From positions 1 through 32,000 of the forward strand of contig JBAZMW010000001.1 in assembly GCA_041649575.1 (NCBI GenBank): a stretch of 32,000 bases of DNA, written 5' to 3'. Position 1 is the first letter of the stretch. Each line of letters begins with the position of its first letter. Below the pieces are notes generated by a model. The model was given only the letters and a program-made list of their open reading frames with translations. It was not told the DNA's origin and searched no databases. Positions 1 to 7,677 of the stretch are shown here, in pieces. The stretch comes from Patescibacteria group bacterium. Lineage in GTDB: Bacteria > Patescibacteriota > Patescibacteriia > 2-01-FULL-39-33. Both the position numbers and the translations under genes were made by a program.

Positions 1-1
1 T

Positions 2-295
2 GAACTGCTACACTTGGGCTACGACATTTCCGATGACGATGCCACGGCCGAAGCCAAGAAGCGCGGCTATCGTCGGGCCACGCCTCGCGAAGTGCTCACT
101 CTGGGCGCCAAATACCCGGACCTGCAGCGGCAGTTCCCGATTGTCGCGGCTCCCACCGGCGACGGGGTGCTGTGCCTCGACGGGGACGGTGCTTTGCGCG
201 ACCTGTACGTCGGCCACTCCGAGGGCGATTGTTCCCGCATCTGTCGGTTCGCCGTCGTCCGCGAGCCTGACCGAATTGCCGAAGCGCAAGCGTAG
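2..295 (+). CDS. Hypothetical protein, 3' fragment (5' end outside window), GC-rich
   Basis: Frame 2 is open from the window start (ELLHLGYDISDDDATAEAKKRGYRRATPREVLTLGAKYPDLQRQFPIVAAPTGDG...) to a TAG at 293-295, followed by a strong terminator. Confidence 0.6.
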   Translation, partial: ELLHLGYDISDDDATAEAKKRGYRRATPREVLTLGAKYPDLQRQFPIVAAPTGDGVLCLDGDGALRDLYVGHSEGDCSRICRFAVVREPDRIAEAQA

Positions 296-339
296 GCAAG
301 ACGGGCAGTTGATCCCATAATCCCATGACCTTTGACCCC

Positions 340-380
340 GGTCCGCTCAGCACCTAGTGCCTGAGCGGACCTTTTCTTTT
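340..380 (+). terminator. Rho-independent terminator
   Basis: GGTCCGCTCAG (340-350) pairs perfectly with CTGAGCGGACC (361-371), followed by TTTTCTTTTTT. Confidence 0.93.
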
Positions 381-449
381 TTCAGAAAATCACGGGCATG
401 CCCGTGGGAATCTACTTTTCTGAATTAAAAAATATGTTATAATCTCTTT

Positions 450-1553
450 ATGAAATACATCTTTATCTTAGGCAACAATCCCGAATTATCGCAGGCGGAA
501 ATCGAGGCGGTTTTGCCACAATTAAAAATTGTTAAAAATAGCAGTCAGTATCTGGTGGCTGAAACACCAAAATTTGATTGTCAGGAAATGATGGCGCGAC
601 TCGGCGGCACTGTTAAGATCGGAATTTTTTTGGGTGATAAGCCGGAGGTCGGGCCGATTTTGGGTTCGGCTGGTTCGCAGACCGGCCAAGGACGATTTAA
701 TTTTGGTTTAAGTTTTTACGGTCAAAAGCCAAGCAGTTGGGGTATGAAAATCAAGAAGACATTAAAGGAGCAGGGCATCGGTTGTCGACTAGTGACCAGT
801 CGTGAGCCAGCTTTGTCATCGGTGATTGTCACTAAAGAAAAGTGCCATGATTTTTTGATCGGTCCTGATTTTTTCGGATTGACTTGTGCGGTGCAGGATT
901 TCGAGGAATACTCCAACCGCGATTTCGGGCGGCCCAAAAGCGATGCGCTCTCCGGCATGTTGCCGCCGAAATTAGCCAAGATGATGATCAATCTGGCCCA
1001 AGTTAGTGAAGATAAAATTATTCTCGATCCTTTTTGCGGCTCGGGCACGATTTTATCTGAAGCATTGGCTTTGGGTTATCACAATTTAATTGGTAGCGAC
1101 CTTTCTACCAAAGCGGTCAATGATAGCCAAGAGAATTGTGAGTGGCTGATTAAAAATTTTCAGCTAAAGAATTATAGTCTTAAGTTTTTTAATCTGGATG
1201 CTAGAAAGTTATCTCTGAAAATAAAAGAACAGACCATGGACGCGATTGTCACTGAGCCCTATTTGGGTCCGCCGATAAAGGGCAATGAGTCACCAGAGAG
1301 GATTAAAAAAAATTTAGCTGAACTAGAGGTTTTATACTTAGAAACTTTTCAGGAATTAAAAAAGATCCTGCGGTCTAAGGGTAAATTGGTTATAGTCATC
1401 CCCGAGTGGCACCTAGGTGCTAAAATTTTTCAGCTAAATATCTTTGACGGCATTGCCAAATTGGGTTATGAGAGAAAGGACAAAAATAATTTGTTTTACA
1501 GGCGGGAAGATCAAAAAGTTTGGCGACAAATAATAGTTTTAGAAAAAAAGTAA
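450..1553 (+). CDS. THUMP/TRM11-like putative RNA (guanosine-N2) methyltransferase
   Basis: SAM-binding motif LDPFCGSGTILSEALALG...IGSDLS and a catalytic-type motif IVTEPYLGPP; overall similarity to the UPF0020/TRM-G10 family. Confidence 0.8.
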   Translation: MKYIFILGNNPELSQAEIEAVLPQLKIVKNSSQYLVAETPKFDCQEMMARLGGTVKIGIFLGDKPEVGPILGSAGSQTGQGRFNFGLSFYGQKPSSWGMKIKKTLKEQGIGCRLVTSREPALSSVIVTKEKCHDFLIGPDFFGLTCAVQDFEEYSNRDFGRPKSDALSGMLPPKLAKMMINLAQVSEDKIILDPFCGSGTILSEALALGYHNLIGSDLSTKAVNDSQENCEWLIKNFQLKNYSLKFFNLDARKLSLKIKEQTMDAIVTEPYLGPPIKGNESPERIKKNLAELEVLYLETFQELKKILRSKGKLVIVIPEWHLGAKIFQLNIFDGIAKLGYERKDKNNLFYRREDQKVWRQIIVLEKK

Positions 1554-1557
1554 ATTA

Positions 1558-2643
1558 ATGAAAACTGTTATTAAAATTTTTTTAGGGCTGGCGGCGATTC
1601 TGGCGCTGGTTTTTGTTTTTTTGAGCCCCAAGATTTTCAACTCATCGAAGTCGGAAACGCCGAGTCCAGCAGCTAGCCAGCTGCTAGTCGAAGCCGCCAA
1701 AGAGGAGGCGGTCTTGCCGCCGGCATCGGAGCCGGTGGAAGTGAACCTGGTTTTTGGCGGCGACGTAATGCTGTCTCGGGTGGTGGGACAGAAAATGGTT
1801 AAGCACCAGGATTACGCCTGGCCGTTTGTCAAAGTGGCTGATATTTTAAGCCAAGCTGATTTGGCAATAGTAAATTTGGAATCGCCGTTTACCCTAAACA
1901 GCAAAAGTTATTTTGTGCCAACCGGGTCGTTTAGCTTTAATGCCGACCCCAAAAGCGTGGCCGGCTTGCGGTTGGCGGGAATCGATTTGGTGTCTCTGGC
2001 CAACAATCATGCCAAAAATCAAGGCGAAAGAGGATTGGCAGACAGCTTTAAAGTTTTGTCGGACAACGGGATAAAGTATGTTGGCGCTGGTCAGAATTTG
2101 GCCGAAGCGCGGCGGCCACAAGAAGTGGAAATAAAAGGCAGAAAATTTGTTTTTTTGGCTTACGCTTATCCCAATGATTCTTCGGTAGCTGCCGCCAATC
2201 GGGCCGGTATTGCCAGCATGGATTTGACTTTGGCTCAAGCAGAAATAAAGAAATTAAAAAAACAGGCAGCGACTTCCACTGTTATTGTTTTGATGCATGC
2301 TGGCACGGAATATACCAATTTACCAAATTGGCAGCAGCAAGAGTTTGCCAGGGGCGCAATCGACGCCGGCGTGGATTTGGTGGTGGGACATCACCCGCAC
2401 TGGGTGCAGCAGACGGAAAGCTATCAGGGCAAAAAGATCATTTATTCCCTGGGCAATTTGGTTTTTGACCAGATGTGGTCGCCGGAAACCCAACAGGGAG
2501 CGTTGGCCAAGGTTGTTTTTAAAGAAGGGAAAGTAACTGGTTTGGAATTTATCCCGATTCATATTTATGACTACGGCCAGCCGCAAATAGTCAGCGATTT
2601 GTCGGAGAGGCAAGAGATCTTGAAAAGAATGGGAGAAAATTAA
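1558..2643 (+). CDS. CapA family (poly-gamma-glutamate synthesis/capsule-type) metallophosphatase-like protein
   Basis: N-terminal TM/signal; VNLVFGGDVMLSR, DLAIVNLESPFT, GIDLVSLANNHAKNQGERG, VVGHHPHWVQ, YSLGNLVFDQ motifs typical of CapA. Confidence 0.9.
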   Translation: MKTVIKIFLGLAAILALVFVFLSPKIFNSSKSETPSPAASQLLVEAAKEEAVLPPASEPVEVNLVFGGDVMLSRVVGQKMVKHQDYAWPFVKVADILSQADLAIVNLESPFTLNSKSYFVPTGSFSFNADPKSVAGLRLAGIDLVSLANNHAKNQGERGLADSFKVLSDNGIKYVGAGQNLAEARRPQEVEIKGRKFVFLAYAYPNDSSVAAANRAGIASMDLTLAQAEIKKLKKQAATSTVIVLMHAGTEYTNLPNWQQQEFARGAIDAGVDLVVGHHPHWVQQTESYQGKKIIYSLGNLVFDQMWSPETQQGALAKVVFKEGKVTGLEFIPIHIYDYGQPQIVSDLSERQEILKRMGEN

Positions 2644-2653
2644 CAATTAATTT

Positions 2654-2794
2654 CTAACCTAACATAATATTAAAATTGTGGCCGATAAAACCTATAATCG
2701 GCTTGACCAGACTTTCCCAGACACCAATAATTACAGCCACCGAGATAATTAAAATGGCGTAGAAGACTATTTTTAATTTTTTATCGTCATCCAT
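2654..2794 (-). CDS. Small single-TM membrane protein (46 aa), below the ORF-track cutoff
   Basis: Manual translation MDDDKKLKIVFYAILIISVAVIIGVWESLVKPIIGFIGHNFNIMLG*; acidic N-terminus followed by a hydrophobic helix; lies between convergent genes. Confidence 0.45.
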   Translation of the reverse strand: MDDDKKLKIVFYAILIISVAVIIGVWESLVKPIIGFIGHNFNIMLG

Positions 2795-2861
2795 ATAGTT
2801 TTCAAATCATTAAAACACTAGAACATTAAAATAAAAAAACAAACCAGAATTTTTTAATTAT

Positions 2862-3911
2862 TTAGTTACTAAATCGAAAATGGGCCACATCGCCATCGGC
2901 CATGACATAATCTTTGCCTTCCAGGCGAATCAGCCCCTTTTCTCGAGCGGCCGCTTCTCCGCCGCAAGCAACCAAATCTTGCCAGTTGATAATTTCGGCA
3001 CGAATAAAACCCTTTTCAAAGTCGGTATGGATAACACCGGCCGCCTGTGGCGCCTTGGCGCCGCGTTTGATTGTCCAAGCCTTGGTTTCCATTTCGCCGG
3101 AAGTAATAAAAGTGATTAGTTCTAAAAGCTCATAGGATTTTTTGATCAGTTTGTCCAGACCGGAGCCGTCAAGCGACAAGGATTTTAGATATTCCTTGGC
3201 TTCGGCCTCGGGCAGTTCGGCCAGTTCCGCTTCGATTTTGGCCGAGATGGCCAGAAAGTCGGTTTCTTGCAATATTTTGTCTTCATCGACATTAAGCACA
3301 TAAATCATTGGCTTCATGGTCAAAAGACAAAGCTCTCTAATTAAGATTTTTTCTTCCGGATCGGTGATGAGGTCTCGGGCCGGCTGGCCATTTTCCAGGC
3401 CGGTTTTTAATTTTTCTAAAATTGGTTCTAAAATTTTGGCTTCTTTGACATTGCCGTGCAAATCTTTTTGGTTTTTAGCGATTCGTTTTTCGACAGTTTG
3501 CAGGTCGGCAAAAATCAGCTCGAGATTAATGGTTTCCTGGTCGTCTTTGGGGTCGACTTTGCCGTTGACGTGGATGACGTTTTCATCTTTAAATTCTCTA
3601 ATCACTTGGGCGATGGCGTCAACATTTCTGATGTTGGCCAAAAATTGGTTGCCCAGGCCCTCGCCTTTGTGCGCGCCTTTGACCAGGCCGGCGATATCGA
3701 CAAACTCAATGGTGGTGGGGACAATTTTGGCCGAATGGGAAACCCGGGCCAGCTGGTCCAGTCGCTCGTCGGGTACGGCCACCACGCCCACATTAGGGTC
3801 GATGGTGCAAAAAGGGTAATTAGCGGCATCAACCTGTTTTTTGGTCAGGGCTTTAAAGAGGGTGGATTTGCCCACATTGGGCAGGCCGACAATGCCGATG
3901 GAAAAAGACAT
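2862..3911 (-). CDS. ychF: Ribosome-binding GTPase/ATPase YchF (Obg family)
   Basis: GLPNVGKSTLFKALT, NYPFCTIDPNVG, FVDIAGLVKGAHKGEGLGNQFLANIRNVDAI; C-terminal TGS domain ending DYVMADGDVAHFRFSN. Confidence 0.97.
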   Translation of the reverse strand: MSFSIGIVGLPNVGKSTLFKALTKKQVDAANYPFCTIDPNVGVVAVPDERLDQLARVSHSAKIVPTTIEFVDIAGLVKGAHKGEGLGNQFLANIRNVDAIAQVIREFKDENVIHVNGKVDPKDDQETINLELIFADLQTVEKRIAKNQKDLHGNVKEAKILEPILEKLKTGLENGQPARDLITDPEEKILIRELCLLTMKPMIYVLNVDEDKILQETDFLAISAKIEAELAELPEAEAKEYLKSLSLDGSGLDKLIKKSYELLELITFITSGEMETKAWTIKRGAKAPQAAGVIHTDFEKGFIRAEIINWQDLVACGGEAAAREKGLIRLEGKDYVMADGDVAHFRFSN

Positions 3912-4040
3912 ATTTTAAAACTAAAGAATAAAAGCTAAAAATTTAAAGTTTTTTAAAATTGATAATTTTTAGTATAGTACAAAAAGCTGATATTTTCAAT
4001 ACCCTTGAAAATAACCGCCGGTTGTTTTAAGATGTAAAGC

Positions 4041-4580
4041 ATGCAGGAAAAATACCAAAATTTTTTAGAGACCGTCTTCACGGTTTTTGACGTGGAAACC
4101 TCGGGCTTGGATCCGTTCAAAGACGAGGTCTTGGAAATCGCCGCCCTAAAAACCAAAGGCAAAGAAATTGTCGATCGTTTTGAGGCGCTGATTCAGCCGA
4201 CCAAACCGGTGACTCCGGAAGTCGAAAAAATCCACGGACTTAATGAAATATATTTACTGGTTAATGGCAGGAACGCCAACCAGGTTTTCAGGGATTTTCT
4301 GGATTTTGCCGGAGATTCGATTATTGTCGGGCACAATATCAAAGAGTTTGATTGGTTGTTTGTTTTAAACCAGGCCAGGCGGCTAAATTGGCCCAGCCCT
4401 GGCAACAAACTCATTGATACCCTGGAATTGTCGCGAAAACTTCTGTCTTTGCCAGCCTATAATCTGACCAGCGTGGCCAAGAGTTTGGGCTTTGAACATA
4501 ATAATGCTCATCGCGCCATGCCGGACGTGGAAGTAAATACCAAAATTTTTTGGGAGTTGATGGAGAGGTTGTTTAAGTAA
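4041..4580 (+). CDS. DEDDh 3'-5' exonuclease (DnaQ/PolIII epsilon-like)
   Basis: FDVETSGLDPFKDEVLEIAAL (ExoI), VGHNIKEFDWLFV (ExoII), HNAHRAMPDVEVNTKIF (ExoIII with catalytic H). Confidence 0.9.
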   Translation: MQEKYQNFLETVFTVFDVETSGLDPFKDEVLEIAALKTKGKEIVDRFEALIQPTKPVTPEVEKIHGLNEIYLLVNGRNANQVFRDFLDFAGDSIIVGHNIKEFDWLFVLNQARRLNWPSPGNKLIDTLELSRKLLSLPAYNLTSVAKSLGFEHNNAHRAMPDVEVNTKIFWELMERLFK

Positions 4581-4587
4581 TTTGTTA

Positions 4588-4640
4588 TAAAAAAATCGAC
4601 CCCGTACCTATTAGCTTATTCAGCTTTCGGTGCGGGGGGA
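4588..4640 (-). terminator. Terminator of the 4676-5239 gene
   Basis: On the minus strand CCCCGCACC...GGTACGGGG (one mismatch) followed by TCGATTTTTTT. Confidence 0.8.
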
Positions 4641-4675
4641 CGCTATGTACTGTTGAGTGCCGCGCGCTTCAGCGG

Positions 4676-5239
4676 TCACTCGGGCGGGCGGTTGTTCGCT
4701 CGGACGAAGAAAGTCTTTTGGTCGGTGGCGTTGTAGGTGTTATTGGGGTAGGTGCACGCTTCCACCACCCAGACCATCTCTTTGCCGTCGTCTGCCATCT
4801 TTCTTGTGAATTCTGGCTCGCTCTCCGGTGTTGTGGGTCTGATATCGACGAAGGCGATTCGCTGGTTGGGCAGACTCTCCGCGCTCTCGGCGGGGTTTAG
4901 GCCGAAGGTCAAGTGCCATAGCCCGATGGTTTTGTCGTATTGCGGCTTGCCAGCGACCTCGCGCCAGCCGAGCTCCGTGATTCGCAGGCCTAGGGTCGAG
5001 GTGTCCTCGCTGGTTGTGGAGGCATTGGTGGCCACTGGCGCTATTTTGTTGGCCAACAGGTTTGTCACAAGTACGCCGGCAACCGCCACAATAAGGCTGA
5101 GCCCGACCACTTTCGCAATTCCCCATTCGCGGCGCGGGTCTTCCTGTCTGTTGTCCCTTTCTGCCCCCAGACAGGCGACGCCAATGGAAAGCAACACAGC
5201 GATGAAGTAACCGATCACTAATAAAACATCGTGATCCAT
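4676..5239 (-). CDS. Hypothetical membrane protein with two predicted N-terminal TM segments, GC-rich
   Basis: 187-aa ORF; SD-like AGAAGGAGAGAGAGG upstream of ATG, consensus promoter and terminator; hydrophobic LLVIGYFIAVLLSIGVACLG and IAKVVGLSLIVAVAGVLVTNLL. Confidence 0.8.
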   Translation of the reverse strand: MDHDVLLVIGYFIAVLLSIGVACLGAERDNRQEDPRREWGIAKVVGLSLIVAVAGVLVTNLLANKIAPVATNASTTSEDTSTLGLRITELGWREVAGKPQYDKTIGLWHLTFGLNPAESAESLPNQRIAFVDIRPTTPESEPEFTRKMADDGKEMVWVVEACTYPNNTYNATDQKTFFVRANNRPPE

Positions 5240-5321
5240 GCCTCTCTCTCCTTCTAAACGTACACTTGGCGATTCTTTAAGGCGATCGCCGCTAGCCTTC
5301 TGGTCATCAAACCATTATATA

Positions 5322-5350
5322 ATTATATAATATATAGATACTTTTGTCAA
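5322..5350 (-). promoter_or_regulatory. Perfect-consensus sigma70 promoter for 4676-5239
   Basis: Minus strand TTGACA (5350-5345), 17-nt spacer, TATAAT (5327-5322). Confidence 0.88.
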
Positions 5351-5491
5351 TAAAAAGCATTATTTGGCCATACTAATTTTAATAGAATTATTTAAATTTA
5401 GATAAAAAAACAGCCTTGAATTTTTTAATGCTGCCTTTTTTCTTTTGCGTCAGTTTTTCTTTTTATTAAAAAAAGAAAAGTGACAAGTATT

Positions 5492-6319
5492 TTATTTTCG
5501 AGAAAGTAAAAAAGTATTTTTTAGCAGGCAGGCTACGGTGAGCGGGCCGACGCCGCCGGGAACCGGCGAGACCCAGCCGGCAACCTCAATAACTTTAGGA
5601 TCGACGTCGCCGACAATTTGGCCGTTTTTTCTATTAATACCCACATCAATGACAATAGCGCCCGGTTTGACCATTGATTTTTTGAGCGCCAGTGCTTGGC
5701 CCAGGGCAATAATAATAATATCAAAATTTTGGGAGTCAGTCGGAAGGGTCGTGCTGGTTTTTATTTTTTTGATTTTCAGATTTTTTTTGAGATTTTTTTT
5801 CAGTCCTTGCAAAAAAACATTACTCTTGCCGATGATTAACGTTGATTTGTCGGATAATTTCTCGTTGGTGTTGGAAAGTAATTCTGAAACAGCGGCGACG
5901 GTTGGTGGAATAATTTGAGAATTTTTGTTTTGCGGGTGAAAACCGTCAACGTCCTTGAGAGGCGAGATGGCCTTGATGATTTTTTCAGCCCCGAATTTTT
6001 TTGGCAGTGGCAATTGGATAATGATGCCGTTGGTTTCCGGGTCTTGGTTTAGAAATTTTATCAAACTAATCAGCTCGGCTTCGGAAATATTGGGATAGCA
6101 ATCCTGGTTGCAAAGATACTTATGAAAACTAAGACCCACTTCCAGGCAGGCCTTTTCTTTAAGCTGGATATAGATTTTTGAAGCCGGATCGTCGCCAACC
6201 AAAACTGCCGCCAGGCCGGGCGTCTGGTTGGCGGCAATAATTTTTTTTCTCAAATCCAGTTTGATTTTATCCGCCAGCGCTTTTCCGTCCAGGATAACGG
6301 CGGATTTTTTGGTGGCCAT
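5492..6319 (-). CDS. folD: Methylenetetrahydrofolate dehydrogenase/cyclohydrolase
   Basis: AVLVGDDPASKIYIQLKEKAC, GIIIQLPLPK, SPLKDVDGFH, WVSPVPGGVGPLTVACLLKNT. Confidence 0.97.
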   Translation of the reverse strand: MATKKSAVILDGKALADKIKLDLRKKIIAANQTPGLAAVLVGDDPASKIYIQLKEKACLEVGLSFHKYLCNQDCYPNISEAELISLIKFLNQDPETNGIIIQLPLPKKFGAEKIIKAISPLKDVDGFHPQNKNSQIIPPTVAAVSELLSNTNEKLSDKSTLIIGKSNVFLQGLKKNLKKNLKIKKIKTSTTLPTDSQNFDIIIIALGQALALKKSMVKPGAIVIDVGINRKNGQIVGDVDPKVIEVAGWVSPVPGGVGPLTVACLLKNTFLLSRK

Positions 6320-7555
6320 TTAATAAATAGGAAAATTTTTAGTCAGCTTTAGAACTTCTTTTTTTATTTTTTTTCTCAAATTCGAGTCGGTGGGTCTCTC
6401 GAGGATAGCGGCGATCCAGGAGGCGATGAGCCTCATCTCTTTTTCCCTCATCCCGCGGGTGGTGAGAGCCGGAGTGCCCAGGCGGATGCCGGAAGGATTG
6501 AGCGGTGTGGCCGGATCGAAAGGGATCAGGTTGGCATTGGTATAAATAAGTGCCTCGGCCAAAAGGTTGGCGCCGTCACGTCCAGAGATTTTCAGCGGCT
6601 GGCAATCGAGCAAAACCAAATGATTTTGAGTGCTGTCGGCTACCAATTTTAGGCCGTTGCTTTTCATGGCCTCGGCCAGGGCTTGAGCGTTTTTGACTGT
6701 TTGTTTCTGATCTTTTTTGAATTTACCGGTCAACGCTTCGGCAAAACAGACAGCTTTGGCGGCGATGACATTTTCTAAAGGTCCACCTTGCAGGCCGGGA
6801 AAAACGGCACGGTCTATGGCTTTGGCTAATTCTTGTTTACAGATAATAATGGCGCTTCTGGGTCCACGCAGGGTTTTGTGAGTGGTGGTGGTGACAATAT
6901 CGGCCCAGGGAAATGGCGAGGGATGCACGCCGCCAATAATTAGTCCGGCAATATGCGCGATGTCGGCCAAAAGCAGCGCCCCGACTTCTTTGGCAATTTG
7001 ATAAAATTTTTGGAAATCAATTTTTTGGGTATAAGCGGTGGCGCCGCAAACAATCATCCTAGGTTTTTCTCTTTTGGCAATTCTATTAATCTCGGCATAA
7101 TTCAGGCGGCAGGTTTTGGGATCAACACCATAATAAGAAAAATCGAAAAGTTTGCCGGAAAAATTAACCGGACTGCCGTGGGTGAGGTGACCGCCAGCGC
7201 CCAAGTCCATGGCCAGAATTTTATCACCTGGTTTTAGGAGTCCGAGATAAACCGCCAAGTTGGCCGAAGAGCCGGAATGCGGCTGGACATTGGCATGCCA
7301 TTTTTGGCCATCAAGGGTGAAGATTTTCAGCGCCAAAGATTTAGCAATATTTTCTATCTCATCAATGGTTTCGTTGCCGGTGTAGTAGCGCCGGCCGGGG
7401 TACCCTTCCGAGTATTTATTGGAAAGCGGCGTGCCCATGGCGCCAAGTACGGCCGCCGAGGCGTAGTTTTCGGAAGGAATCATAACCAGCCCGCGGCGTT
7501 GGCGGTCGGTTTCTTGTTTAATCAAGCTAAAGATTCGTTGGTTTTCGCTGGCCAT
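6320..7555 (-). CDS. glyA: Serine hydroxymethyltransferase
   Basis: MIPSENYASAAVLGAMGTPLSNKYSEGYPGRRYYTGNETID; PLP site TTTTHKTLRGPRSA. Confidence 0.98.
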   Translation of the reverse strand: MASENQRIFSLIKQETDRQRRGLVMIPSENYASAAVLGAMGTPLSNKYSEGYPGRRYYTGNETIDEIENIAKSLALKIFTLDGQKWHANVQPHSGSSANLAVYLGLLKPGDKILAMDLGAGGHLTHGSPVNFSGKLFDFSYYGVDPKTCRLNYAEINRIAKREKPRMIVCGATAYTQKIDFQKFYQIAKEVGALLLADIAHIAGLIIGGVHPSPFPWADIVTTTTHKTLRGPRSAIIICKQELAKAIDRAVFPGLQGGPLENVIAAKAVCFAEALTGKFKKDQKQTVKNAQALAEAMKSNGLKLVADSTQNHLVLLDCQPLKISGRDGANLLAEALIYTNANLIPFDPATPLNPSGIRLGTPALTTRGMREKEMRLIASWIAAILERPTDSNLRKKIKKEVLKLTKNFPIY

Positions 7556-7677
7556 AGTTTGAGTTAATTTTAACTTAATAAGATTTTTTTTTCAATCAAG
7601 TAAGGGTATTTTCTTTTTTAAGAAAGTGTTATAATTAATCAAGATTAAAAACAAAGATTAACTTTTTAAACACTCTT

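Noticed and set aside
5281-5294. GGCGATCGCC (contains the HIP1-like octamer GCGATCGC) in the 5' leader of 4676-5239
   Set aside because: Single occurrence, and a 10-bp palindrome is expected by chance. There is no support for a HIP1-type repeat family here.
5380-5530. AT-rich hairpins upstream of folD as a third copy of repeat family 2
   Set aside because: Only generic TTTTTC/GAAAAA runs; the diagnostic GCTAACAAAAAG and ATGAAAATTTAG...CAAAACAGG blocks are absent.
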